Shown here piece by piece: positions 1 through 9,311 of a stretch of 32,000 nucleotides of DNA (the stretch's first letter is position 1; each line of letters begins with the position of its first letter). Location: assembly GCA_964577555.1 (NCBI GenBank), contig CAZNZM010000006.1, positions 32,979 to 64,978 on the forward strand, read 5' to 3'. The translations under genes were made by a program, and so were the position numbers. Source of the stretch: an uncultured archaeon. GTDB taxonomy: Archaea; Iainarchaeota; Iainarchaeia; Iainarchaeales; Iainarchaeaceae. The notes beneath the pieces were generated by a model. That model was not told the DNA's origin and searched no databases. It saw only the letters and a list, made by a program, of their open reading frames with translations.

Positions 1-2
1 TT

Positions 3-521
3 TCAACTTCCGAGTGGAACAATTTTTACAACTCCAGCCTTAAAAAAATTCCTTTTTTGGCAATTATTTTTTTGATTTTTGCAATTTCTCTCGCAACGTT
101 TTTTCTTTCTGGAGATTTGGCTAATGCAAGGTCTGGTTCAAAAGCCACTATATCAGAATTCCAGTTTGCCAAAAAGTTTTACGAATTTGACCCACAACTT
201 TCAACCGCTGTCATAGTCTCCAAAGGCGCAGGATGGATTGCCGCTATTTCAAATAAAATACCTTATGACGCCCGTTCAAATCATTTTATACCAGATTCAG
301 AAATACAAGTAGCTCAAAATGATGCTTGGAACGAAGTAATAAAAAGAAATTCAATACAGAAAAAAATACAAGAAGGTTGCATAAAATGCATTGCAGAAAC
401 AAACGCAAAATATCTTGTTGTCAATCGCTCCCAATACGATTTAGCTTTGCCTTACAAACCGATTTTTGAATACAACGAATTTTCGGTTTTTTTAATTTCT
501 GATTTAACAAGCCAAACGTGA
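3..521 (+). CDS. C-terminal part of a membrane protein truncated by the left window edge, possibly a GT-C-type glycosyltransferase
   Basis: The frame is open from base 3 with no stop (STSEWNNFYNSSLKKIPFLAIIFLIF...). It has one TM segment followed by a soluble C-terminus. The listed start at 57 is an internal TTG. Confidence 0.5.
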   Translation, partial: STSEWNNFYNSSLKKIPFLAIIFLIFAISLATFFLSGDLANARSGSKATISEFQFAKKFYEFDPQLSTAVIVSKGAGWIAAISNKIPYDARSNHFIPDSEIQVAQNDAWNEVIKRNSIQKKIQEGCIKCIAETNAKYLVVNRSQYDLALPYKPIFEYNEFSVFLISDLTSQT

Positions 522-688
522 ATCAAGCATATGCCAAAAATTCAATTCAAATAATTGGTGGTTGACAATATAATATAAACATTCAAAAAAATTTTGCAAA
601 TGCTCTTTTTGATAACCAAACCAAAACAATGTTTTTTTGTTTGCCTTTTATGGTAATATTTTTATTATGATAAAATGGTGTTATTAAC

Positions 689-1630
689 ATGAAATTGGTA
701 GTAACAATACCAGCGTATAATGAAGAAAAGACAATTGCCGCAGTAATAAGCGAAATACCAAAAAAAATCAAAGGGATTGATTCAGTAGACATAATAGTAG
801 TTGATGATGGCTCTGAAGACAATACCAGTGCTGTTGCAATAAAGGCTGGTGCAAAAGTAATAAGGAATGCGCACAACTGTGGTCTTGCATATACTTTTTC
901 AAAAGGATTAAGATATGCGCTTGAATTGGGAGCCGACATAATAGTCAATACTGATGCTGATATGCAATATAATCAAAAACAAATTCCTTGTTTGGTACAA
1001 CCAATACTTGACGGAAAAGCCGACATAGTTTTGGGTTCAAGGTTCAAAGGCACAATAGAGTACATGCCGATTCAAAAATATTTGGGCAATAAAATAGTTT
1101 CAAAATTAATGAGTTTTTTGACAGGAGAAAATATAACCGATTCACAAACAGGGTTCAGGGCTTTTTCAAAAGAAGCCGCACTCAGAATAAATGTCTTTTC
1201 AAACTTTACTTACACCCAGGAAACAATACTTGAAGCCGTAGAAAAAAAATTGGCTATTGTGGAAGTCCCGGTTGATTTTAGAAAAAGAAACGGCAAATCA
1301 AGGCTTATATCAAACATATTCGACTATGCGTATCGTGCAGGCTCAACAATATTAACAACTTATTTGAATTATAAACCATTGAAAATATTCTTTTTTATAG
1401 GCGGATTCCTTATTTTTATAGGCTTGATTTTCGGAACAAGAATTTTAGTTCATTTCATTTCAACAGGTATGGTGGCTCCATACGTGCCAAGCGCAATTTT
1501 ATCGGCTCTCTTCCTAATAATAGGATTCCAAATAATGATAATAGGCATGATTGCCGAACTGATTAAAAGAAACAGGTTGGTCCAAGAAGAATTGCTCTAT
1601 GAACAAAGAAAAGAAAGACTTGACAAATAA
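689..1630 (+). CDS. Family 2 glycosyltransferase (polyprenyl/dolichyl-phosphate sugar synthase-like) with C-terminal TM helices
   Basis: N-terminal VVTIPAYNEEKTIAAVI, DDGSEDNT and DADMQ motifs, with two hydrophobic C-terminal segments. Confidence 0.9.
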   Translation: MKLVVTIPAYNEEKTIAAVISEIPKKIKGIDSVDIIVVDDGSEDNTSAVAIKAGAKVIRNAHNCGLAYTFSKGLRYALELGADIIVNTDADMQYNQKQIPCLVQPILDGKADIVLGSRFKGTIEYMPIQKYLGNKIVSKLMSFLTGENITDSQTGFRAFSKEAALRINVFSNFTYTQETILEAVEKKLAIVEVPVDFRKRNGKSRLISNIFDYAYRAGSTILTTYLNYKPLKIFFFIGGFLIFIGLIFGTRILVHFISTGMVAPYVPSAILSALFLIIGFQIMIIGMIAELIKRNRLVQEELLYEQRKERLDK

Positions 1631-1639
1631 GTGTGCACC

Positions 1640-2596
1640 ATGAAAATACAAAATTGGCTTTTAATTATTTTAAGCATTGCCTTGCTTTTAATAATATTTT
1701 CAAATATCAACATCAAAAAAGTTTTTGCTGTTATTTCAAACATAGATTACAATTTGTATTTTTTGTATTTAGCAATTCTTTGTCTAATGATAATGGTAAA
1801 AGCCTTTAAATGGAAACTAATTTTGAATTCAATGGGCGCTGATATAAAGCTATTAGATTCATTCAGGGCAATTCTTGCAGGACTTTTTTTCAGCAACGTC
1901 ACGCCAGGCAAAATAGGCGATTTTTTCAGGGCAATGTATGTTAATGAAGGCAAGACAAATTCTCTAGGTTTGGCTTCGGTTTTTTTGGACAGGCTTTTTG
2001 ATATAATTATACTGCTAATATTCGGCATCATATCAATTTTTTGGATTTCACAAACAACAGGTTTTGTGGTAATAAACCAAAACCAAATTATTTTTTTGTT
2101 GATTATAATAATTGCATTGTCAGTTTTTTTAACAAAAGAAAAATACGTCAAAATGATGCTAAAACCAGCTTTTGAAATTCTTATTCCAAAAAACATTAAA
2201 GAAAAAATATCAAAAGGATTTTCAGAATTTTATTCTTCAATAAGGGCAACCAAAAAAAAACAAGCCATTCTTGCCATTTCATTTATATTAAGCATTATAA
2301 TGTGGCTTGCAAATGCAGTATTGCTTTTTATTCTTGCATCAGCCATCAAAATTAATGCGCCATTTTATACAATTATCGCGATTTTTCCAATAATGGCGCT
2401 TTCAGACTTGGTTCCATTAAGCATTTCAGGACTTGGAACAAGAGAAGCAGTAATGATTTTCATGTTTTCAATTTTCTCTTTGCCTTTGGAAAGCGCAGTT
2501 GCACTCTCTCTACTAGTATTTTTTAATGGTTATTTTATCGTTTCCTTGGCCGGTTTCATTTCTTTTTTGTCAAAACCTGTCAAAGTTGAAATTTGA
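1640..2596 (+). CDS. Flippase-like / lysylphosphatidylglycerol-synthase TM-region (UPF0104, AglD-like) integral membrane protein
   Basis: Multi-TM ORF with 'MLNSMGADIKLLDSFRAILAGLFFSNVTPGKIGDFFRAMYV' and 'LSISGLGTREAVMI' motifs typical of the family. ATG at 1640 is preferred over GTG at 1631. Confidence 0.85.
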   Translation: MKIQNWLLIILSIALLLIIFSNINIKKVFAVISNIDYNLYFLYLAILCLMIMVKAFKWKLILNSMGADIKLLDSFRAILAGLFFSNVTPGKIGDFFRAMYVNEGKTNSLGLASVFLDRLFDIIILLIFGIISIFWISQTTGFVVINQNQIIFLLIIIIALSVFLTKEKYVKMMLKPAFEILIPKNIKEKISKGFSEFYSSIRATKKKQAILAISFILSIIMWLANAVLLFILASAIKINAPFYTIIAIFPIMALSDLVPLSISGLGTREAVMIFMFSIFSLPLESAVALSLLVFFNGYFIVSLAGFISFLSKPVKVEI

Positions 2597-2616
2597 TTTT
2601 TTTTAGAGAATCTTAT

Positions 2617-3119
2617 TTATTTTTTGTTAATTGATTGTTTTTGAAGTATTGTTCTTATGCTTGAAACATAAAACAGTCTTTCCCATATTTTTGGGTTTAC
2701 ATTTGCAATATAGTTTAGCAATGTAAATGGAAAAACATTTGGTTCAACAATAATTTTGTTTGAAATCACTTTCAATTTTTGTGCAGGATCATGAGGCTCC
2801 GGAAAAACATTAAAAAAACTCCAAGAAAAATAATGTTTATGCGTGAGACGATAAGCTGAAGGACTTTTAAAGTGCGGAACCCATATTTCAAGCTTTCCCC
2901 AGTCTTCAAAATTCTTTCAGCTTCTTTGAAAAAATGCTCCAAAGAATCCAAATGCTCCAACCCGTCTTTAATAAAAATATAATCAACAGAATTTGGCTTA
3001 GCAAAAACCCAATCTTTATTTAAATCGGCAGTAATATCCTGAGGTCCATTAGAAAGATTGTCAATATTAACAAAACCAGGTTTATAATCAAAACCACAAC
3101 ATAAATGCAACTTAGTCAT
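2617..3119 (-). pseudogene. Class I SAM-dependent methyltransferase, frameshifted
   Basis: N-terminal part (MTKLHLCCGFDYKPGFVNIDN...DGLEHLDSLEHFFKEAERILKTG) is in one frame. A one-base shift at the CCCC run 2897-2900 (+ strand) restores GKLEIWVPHFKSPSAYRLTHKHYFSWSFFNVFPEPHDPAQKLKV...ILQKQSINKK with a stop at 2617-2619. Confidence 0.8.
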
Positions 3120-3170
3120 GTTTTATATTTCTATCAACAATCTATTTATAATATTCACACTTAAATTTAC

Positions 3171-5222
3171 CTAATTTTCTTCAAGAACTTCAAAATATAT
3201 TTTTTCAAATTCTTTTCCCACTTCGTTCCATGAAGGAATTCCATTGGTTTTTGGCAATGCACTTTTTTGATTTTTCAAACACCAAATTATTTTATTTGCA
3301 ATTTCGTTTGGATCTTCTCTGTTTTTTACTCCAATACATTTATTGTATTTCACATAATCTGCCAAAACTCCTTTTTCAAACAAAACTACTGGGACTTTAC
3401 AATATATTGCTTGTGGCACTATGAGCGGATCACCCTCAAAGGAGCTTAACAAAATAAACGCTTTTGATTTTTTTATTAACCTTAAAAGTTTAGCTCTTTC
3501 AGAAAAAGGAATTTGCCCCATAAAATTGATTTTGTCACTTATTCCAAGATTTTTTGCAATTGTTTTCAATTCGTTTTTTTGCGGTCCGTCGCCAATTATG
3601 ATTAATTTCAACTTTGGAAGTTTTTCAGATACAACAGCAAAGCCTTTAATAAGCTGTGCAAAGCCTTTGTGTTCAACCAATCTTCCTACAGAAATTATGT
3701 AATTTTCTTTTTTGTTTGCTTTAATAGAATAAATAAATTCCTTATCAACCCCATTTCTCACCAAGGAAAACTTACTTTCTTTGTTAATCCAAAAAGTTCT
3801 TTTCAATTTTTCAAGTTCTGGTTCAGAACTTGCAACAATCTTGTCTATTTTATAACTTAAAATATTCATAAAAATGTCAAATAACCAAGTCATTATTTTT
3901 CTGTGAAGTAGCCTGCTTCCTGTTCTGTTTGCAAATAGAACAAGTTTTTGGTTTTGTTTTTTTCCAAGTATTGCTGCAAGCGTTACCAAATTATTATATC
4001 CGTTGCAATGTATAATTTTTGCATTTGATTTCCAAACTTCAAAAAATATTTCTGGAGAAAAATAGTAAGCATTGTTAGGCGCAAAAGTTGCAACTTCTTT
4101 TATTTTTATACCTTGAACAAAATACTCTTTAGGGATTGGCGAAGTTGCCAGTATTTCAACTTTTTTTCCTTTTGATTCAAAATATTTTGCAAGCCTTAAT
4201 GTGAGTTCTTCAATTCCAGAAAAAAATAATCTTGGCGTGGCTGTTGAAACAAATAATATGTCAATTTTTTCTTTTTCTGTTTGTTTCACGTAAAATATGG
4301 TTATTAAAACCAAAAAATAGTTTATTACTGTGCTTATTATTGTTGAGCTTACCGCTATTTCTATTGGAATACCTATTAAATAACATAAGTAGGCGTATGC
4401 TCCTTCTTTAATTCCCAAACCATTTGCTGTTAGTGGAATCAATGATATTATTGTTGTTAGAGAAAATATTGTTAAAAGCCCAAGAAAATCCGTTTCAAAC
4501 CCTAAACCAAAAAAAATTAACCATTGCCCAAACGTCTGGACAACTATTTTTATTAAAGTTATTAAAAAATTTATTACTACTGCCGTTTTTTCTCTTGAAG
4601 CCAAATCAAAAATAGTAAAAGCAAAACCTTTTCCAAATTCGTTGGTTTTCTTTAGTTTGGAAAATATTTCACTGATTTTTTGATAATATATAAACAATAA
4701 AAAACCAAAAAATAAAATCATCAAAACTGAAATAAAAACAAAAAACACAATAGTTTGGTTAATAATATTCTCCAAAAGAATTAGTATTTTTTCTCTTATT
4801 TGTTCATTAAAAAAAAAGATTCCAAAAAATCCTATTAATATCAAAACTACTAATGAAATCACCTTATCAAAAAATATCACTGCAACACTTTCATTCAATC
4901 CTGTTTTTTCCTTTAAAAAATACGCCAAGCTAAAATCGCCCAACCTTCCAGGCATTATAGAACCTAAAGCCCAACTCTTCAAATACGCTCTTGAAAAATC
5001 CTCTTCTGAAATTTCCAATCTTTTATCAAAAAGAACTCTGATTCCAAGCTCGCTTAAAAAAACACTCAAAACAAAAACAACAAAAACAGGAAGCAAAAAC
5101 AAAAAATCAAAACCGCTTAAAGCCCTAAAAATATTTTCAACACCTACAAAATAGTATAAAAACAACAAAACTAAAACGCCTAAAATTATTCTTGCATAAT
5201 CAAAAAATTTTTTGATATTCAT
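3171..5222 (-). CDS. Fusion protein: N-terminal flippase-like (LPG-synthase TM-region) domain plus C-terminal GT-B (family 4/1) glycosyltransferase
   Basis: About 300 aa of TM-rich sequence with 'GSIMPGRLGDFSLAYFLKE' and 'LTANGLGIKEGAYAY', then a GT4 domain with 'ISVGRLVEHKGFAQLIKGF...LIIIGDGPQKNEL' and 'SSFEGDPLIVPQA'. Confidence 0.88.
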   Translation of the reverse strand: MNIKKFFDYARIILGVLVLLFLYYFVGVENIFRALSGFDFLFLLPVFVVFVLSVFLSELGIRVLFDKRLEISEEDFSRAYLKSWALGSIMPGRLGDFSLAYFLKEKTGLNESVAVIFFDKVISLVVLILIGFFGIFFFNEQIREKILILLENIINQTIVFFVFISVLMILFFGFLLFIYYQKISEIFSKLKKTNEFGKGFAFTIFDLASREKTAVVINFLITLIKIVVQTFGQWLIFFGLGFETDFLGLLTIFSLTTIISLIPLTANGLGIKEGAYAYLCYLIGIPIEIAVSSTIISTVINYFLVLITIFYVKQTEKEKIDILFVSTATPRLFFSGIEELTLRLAKYFESKGKKVEILATSPIPKEYFVQGIKIKEVATFAPNNAYYFSPEIFFEVWKSNAKIIHCNGYNNLVTLAAILGKKQNQKLVLFANRTGSRLLHRKIMTWLFDIFMNILSYKIDKIVASSEPELEKLKRTFWINKESKFSLVRNGVDKEFIYSIKANKKENYIISVGRLVEHKGFAQLIKGFAVVSEKLPKLKLIIIGDGPQKNELKTIAKNLGISDKINFMGQIPFSERAKLLRLIKKSKAFILLSSFEGDPLIVPQAIYCKVPVVLFEKGVLADYVKYNKCIGVKNREDPNEIANKIIWCLKNQKSALPKTNGIPSWNEVGKEFEKIYFEVLEEN

Positions 5223-5235
5223 CCAAAAAACCTTT

Positions 5236-6858
5236 TTATCTTTTTACCTTGTAGATTTTTGTATCCTCGTAAGAATATATTTCTTCCAATACTGATTTTG
5301 GTAACGAGTTTCCAATCATTTTTTCGTTTTCCCCGAAAAATACATAATCAATCTTGTTTTCAATAAGTATTTTCATTTTATTTTCTTCGCTTGTGTTGTC
5401 GCTGAATAATTTATTCACATTTGTTTTTTTTTCAACCAAATTTGAAGTTTCGGTCCAATGCCCTAAATATGATTTGTGATGAGTCATATAAGGGATATTG
5501 TTTCCTGTTTTATAAGACGAAATAACGTTTCCTTTTTCCTGTTTTGCAAGAAATTGAATTGCTTTGTAGTCAGATTTTTTCATGTAAGGGCTTGATTGAA
5601 AATCCGGGTTTGCTACATCTGATATTCTTTTGGCAATAATAAAAGGGGAAGAGAGACAAATAATTATGATTAGTATTGTTGTGAATGCTTTGCTTATATT
5701 GTTTTTTTTTCCTAACCAAAAAAATAATGGAAATTTTGCCTCGCTGATTTTTTCTTTCAAATAAAATATGCCAAAAGTTGCCGCAATTGCAATTGGCAAG
5801 TGCAAACTGAACATTAATTTTAATCCTTTGTCAGGATTTATTGCGGCTATGAATGAGCCTAAAAGCCAAGCATAAAAAAAATCTTTTGTAAAACCGTTGA
5901 TTTTGCTTATTTTTCTTATTCCAAAAAAAGCCAGAGGAATTAGCAATCCATAGCCAATAAAATAGTAAAATAATGGTTCTGCTCTTTTCCAACTCATATA
6001 TGCTTCAAAGCTTTTTGAATACGCATAGTCGTTTAATGCAAATAAAAGATAAACTATTATAAGCCCAGCTGGAAGAATAAAAATAATCATTGTTTTGAAG
6101 TATTTCCAAGCTTTTTGAATGTCAAGTGAATCCATTATTGGGATTATTGGAATCAAAGCAAGGCAAAGAGAAAAAACGGCTATTGAAGCAGGGTGTATAA
6201 AAAATATGGCTATATATGATATTAATGCGGCAATGAGAAATTTTGCGTTTTTGGTTTCAAAATATTTTTTGAGCAAAATGAAAACAATAATGAAAAGAGA
6301 GTATGCAATATAAGGCAATGGAAAAGCCAAGTGACCGAAAGTGCTGTATCCTAATGAATAATTTATGTCTGTTGAGGCTATTTTTTCAAATATAGGGAAA
6401 AATTTTTCTAATATGAAGAAAAACCAGCCTATTCCTCCGCCAATTGAACATATCAAAAAAGCTGTTATCCTTTCTTTTTCATTTGTAAAAAAATTTTTGA
6501 GAAAAACCCATAAAGCAAAAAGAAAAATTGATATCACTGCTATTCTTCCGATATTAAAAATTAATGGAATGCTTATTCCTGTAAAATTTGAAATTGTTCC
6601 TAATAGTGAAAAATACAAAAAAACATAAACTCCATTTTGTGGCTCGGTTGTGTACCTGTTTTCCATGAATATTTTTGGAGATTCTGCAGATTGTTTTATG
6701 TAAGAAGCATACAAGTGAAAGTCGTCCTGCCAATCAAAGCCAGTATAAATATACCCTGACGGTTCAAAAAAGTATCCTGTAAAAGCAGGCAGGGATATTA
6801 GTATAGCCAAAGAAATGCAAATAATGATTATGGCTTTGTCAATTTCCTGGATTTTCAT
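5236..6858 (-). CDS. Multi-TM membrane protein, probable GT-C-like glycosyltransferase or uncharacterised surface-glycan protein
   Basis: 540 aa continuous ORF with about 10 hydrophobic segments and a soluble C-terminus of the 'KIDYVFFGENEK' type. Confidence 0.7.
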   Translation of the reverse strand: MKIQEIDKAIIIICISLAILISLPAFTGYFFEPSGYIYTGFDWQDDFHLYASYIKQSAESPKIFMENRYTTEPQNGVYVFLYFSLLGTISNFTGISIPLIFNIGRIAVISIFLFALWVFLKNFFTNEKERITAFLICSIGGGIGWFFFILEKFFPIFEKIASTDINYSLGYSTFGHLAFPLPYIAYSLFIIVFILLKKYFETKNAKFLIAALISYIAIFFIHPASIAVFSLCLALIPIIPIMDSLDIQKAWKYFKTMIIFILPAGLIIVYLLFALNDYAYSKSFEAYMSWKRAEPLFYYFIGYGLLIPLAFFGIRKISKINGFTKDFFYAWLLGSFIAAINPDKGLKLMFSLHLPIAIAATFGIFYLKEKISEAKFPLFFWLGKKNNISKAFTTILIIIICLSSPFIIAKRISDVANPDFQSSPYMKKSDYKAIQFLAKQEKGNVISSYKTGNNIPYMTHHKSYLGHWTETSNLVEKKTNVNKLFSDNTSEENKMKILIENKIDYVFFGENEKMIGNSLPKSVLEEIYSYEDTKIYKVKR

Positions 6859-6941
6859 GTTAAATAATATTTTTCAATACACATTAAAAATACACAGTTG
6901 GATTTTTTTTTGATAAAATAAAACTTTATTTTTTTGTCTTT

Positions 6942-6959
6942 GGCTTGGTTTTTCAAGCC
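6942..6959. other. Small perfect hairpin GGCTTG-GTTTTT-CAAGCC
   Basis: 6-bp perfect inverted repeat with a 6-nt loop, followed on the + strand by a T-rich tract. Confidence 0.5.
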
Positions 6960-7010
6960 GATTTTATTTTTTTTCAATTGAAATTCAATTTTTTTTATTA
7001 GCCAAATTTT

Positions 7011-7245
7011 TGTTTTTTTTTGTTTTGGTTTTGCGAGCTGTTTTTTTGTCATTTTTTTTTGCGTTTTGTTTTTTTTTTGTTTTGCAAGCCATTTTTTTTA
7101 GTCATTTTTTTTTGAATTATTTTTTTTGTTTTGGTTTTGCGAGCTGTTTTTTTTGTCTTTGGTTTTTTCTTATTTTATTTTTTTAGTTTTGATTTTTTTT
7201 GTTTGTTTTTTTGCAAGTTTATTTTTTTGTCATTTTGGCTTGACT
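7011..7245. repeat. Degenerate ~50-bp tandem-like repeat in a T-tract-dominated intergenic region
   Basis: On the + strand the core TTTTTTTTGTTTTGGTTTTGCGAGCTGTTTTTTTGTC occurs near 7014-7050 and again near 7122-7157. Weaker copies carry TTTTGCAAGCCATTTTTTTTAGTC (~7080) and TTTTTTTGCAAGTTTATTTTTTTGTCATTTT (~7205). Confidence 0.6.
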
Positions 7246-7311
7246 TTTTTCTTTTTTTGCCAACTTGGTTTTTTTTACACGCCTTTTTGTTGTTTTAGCT
7301 TTATTAATTTG

Positions 7312-7320
7312 TTTTATATT
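7312..7320 (+). promoter_or_regulatory. Candidate archaeal TATA box for the 7348-11555 operon
   Basis: TTTTATATT centred about 31 nt upstream of the ATG at 7348, a spacing consistent with a very short leader. Confidence 0.4.
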
Positions 7321-7347
7321 GTTTTTGTCATTGGAATTTTTGTTGTT

Positions 7348-8022
7348 ATGAAAACTTCTCTTATAGTTTTGACTCTTAATGAATTTGAAGGTTTCAAGAA
7401 AATAATGCCTAAAGTTAATAGAAAATGGGTTGATGAGATTATTGTAATAGATGGCGGTTCTACTGATGGGACTCCGGAATTGGCTAAAAAGATGGGTTAT
7501 AAAGTAATAACTCAAAGAAATAGGGGTCGGGGAGAAGCATTCAGGCTTGGTTTGGAAAAATCAAAAGGAGATTTGCTTGTTTATTTTAGTCCTGATGGCA
7601 ATGAAGACCCAAAAGACATACCAAAGCTTTTAGAAAAAGCCAATGAAGGCTATGACATGGTTATTGCGTCAAGGTTTGGTAATGGCTCAAAAAGTTATGA
7701 TGCTACTTTTATTAGGTTAATAGGAAACAAATTTTTTACTTTGTTGATAAATATGCTTTTTGGCTTGCATCTTTCTGATGCAGTTAATGGTTTTAGGGCA
7801 ATAACCAGAAAAGCCATGGAGTCTATAAAAACTGACGCTGTTTATTTTGATATTGAAATACAAATGACTATGAGGTGTGCCAGAAAAGGTTACAAGATTT
7901 CAGAAATTCCAACGATAGAATACCCAAGAGTTTTCGGAAAAGGCAAATTGAGCACTATAAAGGACGGTTTTAGGTATTTGAAATTGATTTTAATTGAATT
8001 TTTCAAGGTTGATAAAAAATGA
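7348..8022 (+). CDS. Family 2 glycosyltransferase, dolichyl-phosphate-mannose synthase-like
   Basis: MKTSLIVLTLNEFEGFKK, DGGSTDGTPELAKK and SRFGNGSK motifs. The 74-residue Phe/Cys-rich extension upstream to 7126 is rejected. Confidence 0.85.
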   Translation: MKTSLIVLTLNEFEGFKKIMPKVNRKWVDEIIVIDGGSTDGTPELAKKMGYKVITQRNRGRGEAFRLGLEKSKGDLLVYFSPDGNEDPKDIPKLLEKANEGYDMVIASRFGNGSKSYDATFIRLIGNKFFTLLINMLFGLHLSDAVNGFRAITRKAMESIKTDAVYFDIEIQMTMRCARKGYKISEIPTIEYPRVFGKGKLSTIKDGFRYLKLILIEFFKVDKK

Positions 8023-9311
8023 AAAAGTCTGTTTGTATAGTTGGCACTGGCTATGTTGGCTTGACATTGGGTGCAGTATTGGCTGACAATAATTTTGATG
8101 TTCATTGTGTAGAAATAAATGAATCGGTTGTCAAGTCTCTTAATTCAGGAGAACCTCATTTTCATGAAAACGGACTTAAAGCATTAATGAGGAAAAATCT
8201 TGGCAAATCTTTGTTTTTTTCAACCAAATTTCCAGAAAAATCCTGCGACATATATGTGATTTGTGTAAGCACCCCTGTTGACAAAAACGGCAAGCCAATC
8301 TTGGATTATATTGTTTCTGCTTCGGAAGCTGTTGCAAAAAACATGGCTTATTATAGTTTAGTCGTAATGAGAAGCACAATTCCTGTTGGCACTTCAAGAA
8401 ATATTGTCAAACCTATATTGGATAAAAGCGGTAAAAATTATTTGTTGTCATTTTGTCCAGAACGTACTGTTGAAGGAAACGCTATTAAGGAATTAATGGA
8501 GCTTCCGCAAATAATAGGCGGTTTGAATGAAGCAAGTGTCAGAGAATCTGTTAATTTTTTCAAAAAAATAGCTCCAACAACAATAGAAGTTTCTTCTCTT
8601 GAAGCGGCTGAAATGATAAAGCTTTTGAATAATTCTTATCGTGACATGGTGTTTGCTTACGCTAATGAAGTGGCTCTGCTATGCGAAAAAATTTCAATAG
8701 ACGCCAATGAAGTTATTAAAGCCGCAAATTTAGGGTATTCCAGATCCAACATTCCAGTGCCAGGGTTTGTTGGAGGCGCATGTTTGGAAAAAGACCCTTA
8801 TATACTTTCAAATGTCGCTGAATCAGTTGGCTTTAATCCAAAGCTTGTAATGGCTGCAAGATCAATAAACGAATTTTTGCCAATTCATGTAGCCAAAAGA
8901 ATAAATAATATGCTGAATTCTATTGGAAAAAATAAATCTGCAAAAATATTTGTATTAGGTTTTGGATTTAAAGGGAAACCAGAAACAGACGATGTGAGAG
9001 GATCGCCAACCATAACTTTGGTTTCAGCATTGAAAAACTTTGGTTACTCAAATATTTTCGGTTTTGATCCTGTAGTAAAACCAGAAGTTATAAAATCTCT
9101 CAAAGCTTTTCCAGTAAATGTTGAAGAAGGTTTCAATGGTGCTGATTGTATAATATTTGCCAATAATCACAATTTTTTTAATTCGCTTGACATTGAGTTT
9201 TTGATAGGCAAAATGAATAAGCCAGCAGTATTCTTTGATTGTTGGCAAATATTTCCGCCAAAAATTATTATTCGCAGTAATATAGTTTATGGAGGCATAG
9301 GTTTTGAGTAA
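8019..9311 (+). CDS. UDP-glucose/GDP-mannose dehydrogenase family protein (nucleotide-sugar 6-dehydrogenase, WecC-like)
   Basis: N-terminal Rossmann motif CIVGTGYVGLTLGAVLA, FCPERTVEG, catalytic FVGGACLEKDPY, and 'GFGFKGKPETDDVRGSPT'. Confidence 0.93.
   Translation: MKKSVCIVGTGYVGLTLGAVLADNNFDVHCVEINESVVKSLNSGEPHFHENGLKALMRKNLGKSLFFSTKFPEKSCDIYVICVSTPVDKNGKPILDYIVSASEAVAKNMAYYSLVVMRSTIPVGTSRNIVKPILDKSGKNYLLSFCPERTVEGNAIKELMELPQIIGGLNEASVRESVNFFKKIAPTTIEVSSLEAAEMIKLLNNSYRDMVFAYANEVALLCEKISIDANEVIKAANLGYSRSNIPVPGFVGGACLEKDPYILSNVAESVGFNPKLVMAARSINEFLPIHVAKRINNMLNSIGKNKSAKIFVLGFGFKGKPETDDVRGSPTITLVSALKNFGYSNIFGFDPVVKPEVIKSLKAFPVNVEEGFNGADCIIFANNHNFFNSLDIEFLIGKMNKPAVFFDCWQIFPPKIIIRSNIVYGGIGFE

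Noticed and set aside
583-948. 121-aa minus-strand ORF
   Set aside because: Largely antisense to the GT2 gene beginning at 689, with no recognisable family motif.
3230-4615. Small + strand ORFs of 60-93 aa opposite the fusion gene
   Set aside because: Antisense to a continuous 683-aa gene with clear domain motifs.
6974-6990. Short inverted repeat CAATTGAAATTCAATT
   Set aside because: All A/T-rich and short. Expected by chance in this composition.
6855-7052. 65-aa Lys-rich minus-strand ORF (MTKKQLAKPKQKKTK...)
   Set aside because: It is explained by A-runs in the biased intergenic tract and overlaps the start of the 540-aa gene. Treated as possible remnant coding sequence, not a supported gene.
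7126-7347. Long N-terminal extension of the GT2 ORF (MFWFCELFFLSLVFSYFIFLV...)
   Set aside because: It is translation of the T-rich repeat region into Phe/Leu/Cys-rich sequence. The family-typical start is MKTSLIVLTLNE at 7348, with a TATA-like box just upstream.
7219-7515. 98-aa minus-strand ORF partly within the low-complexity tract
   Set aside because: Antisense to the well-supported GT2 gene and compositionally driven.
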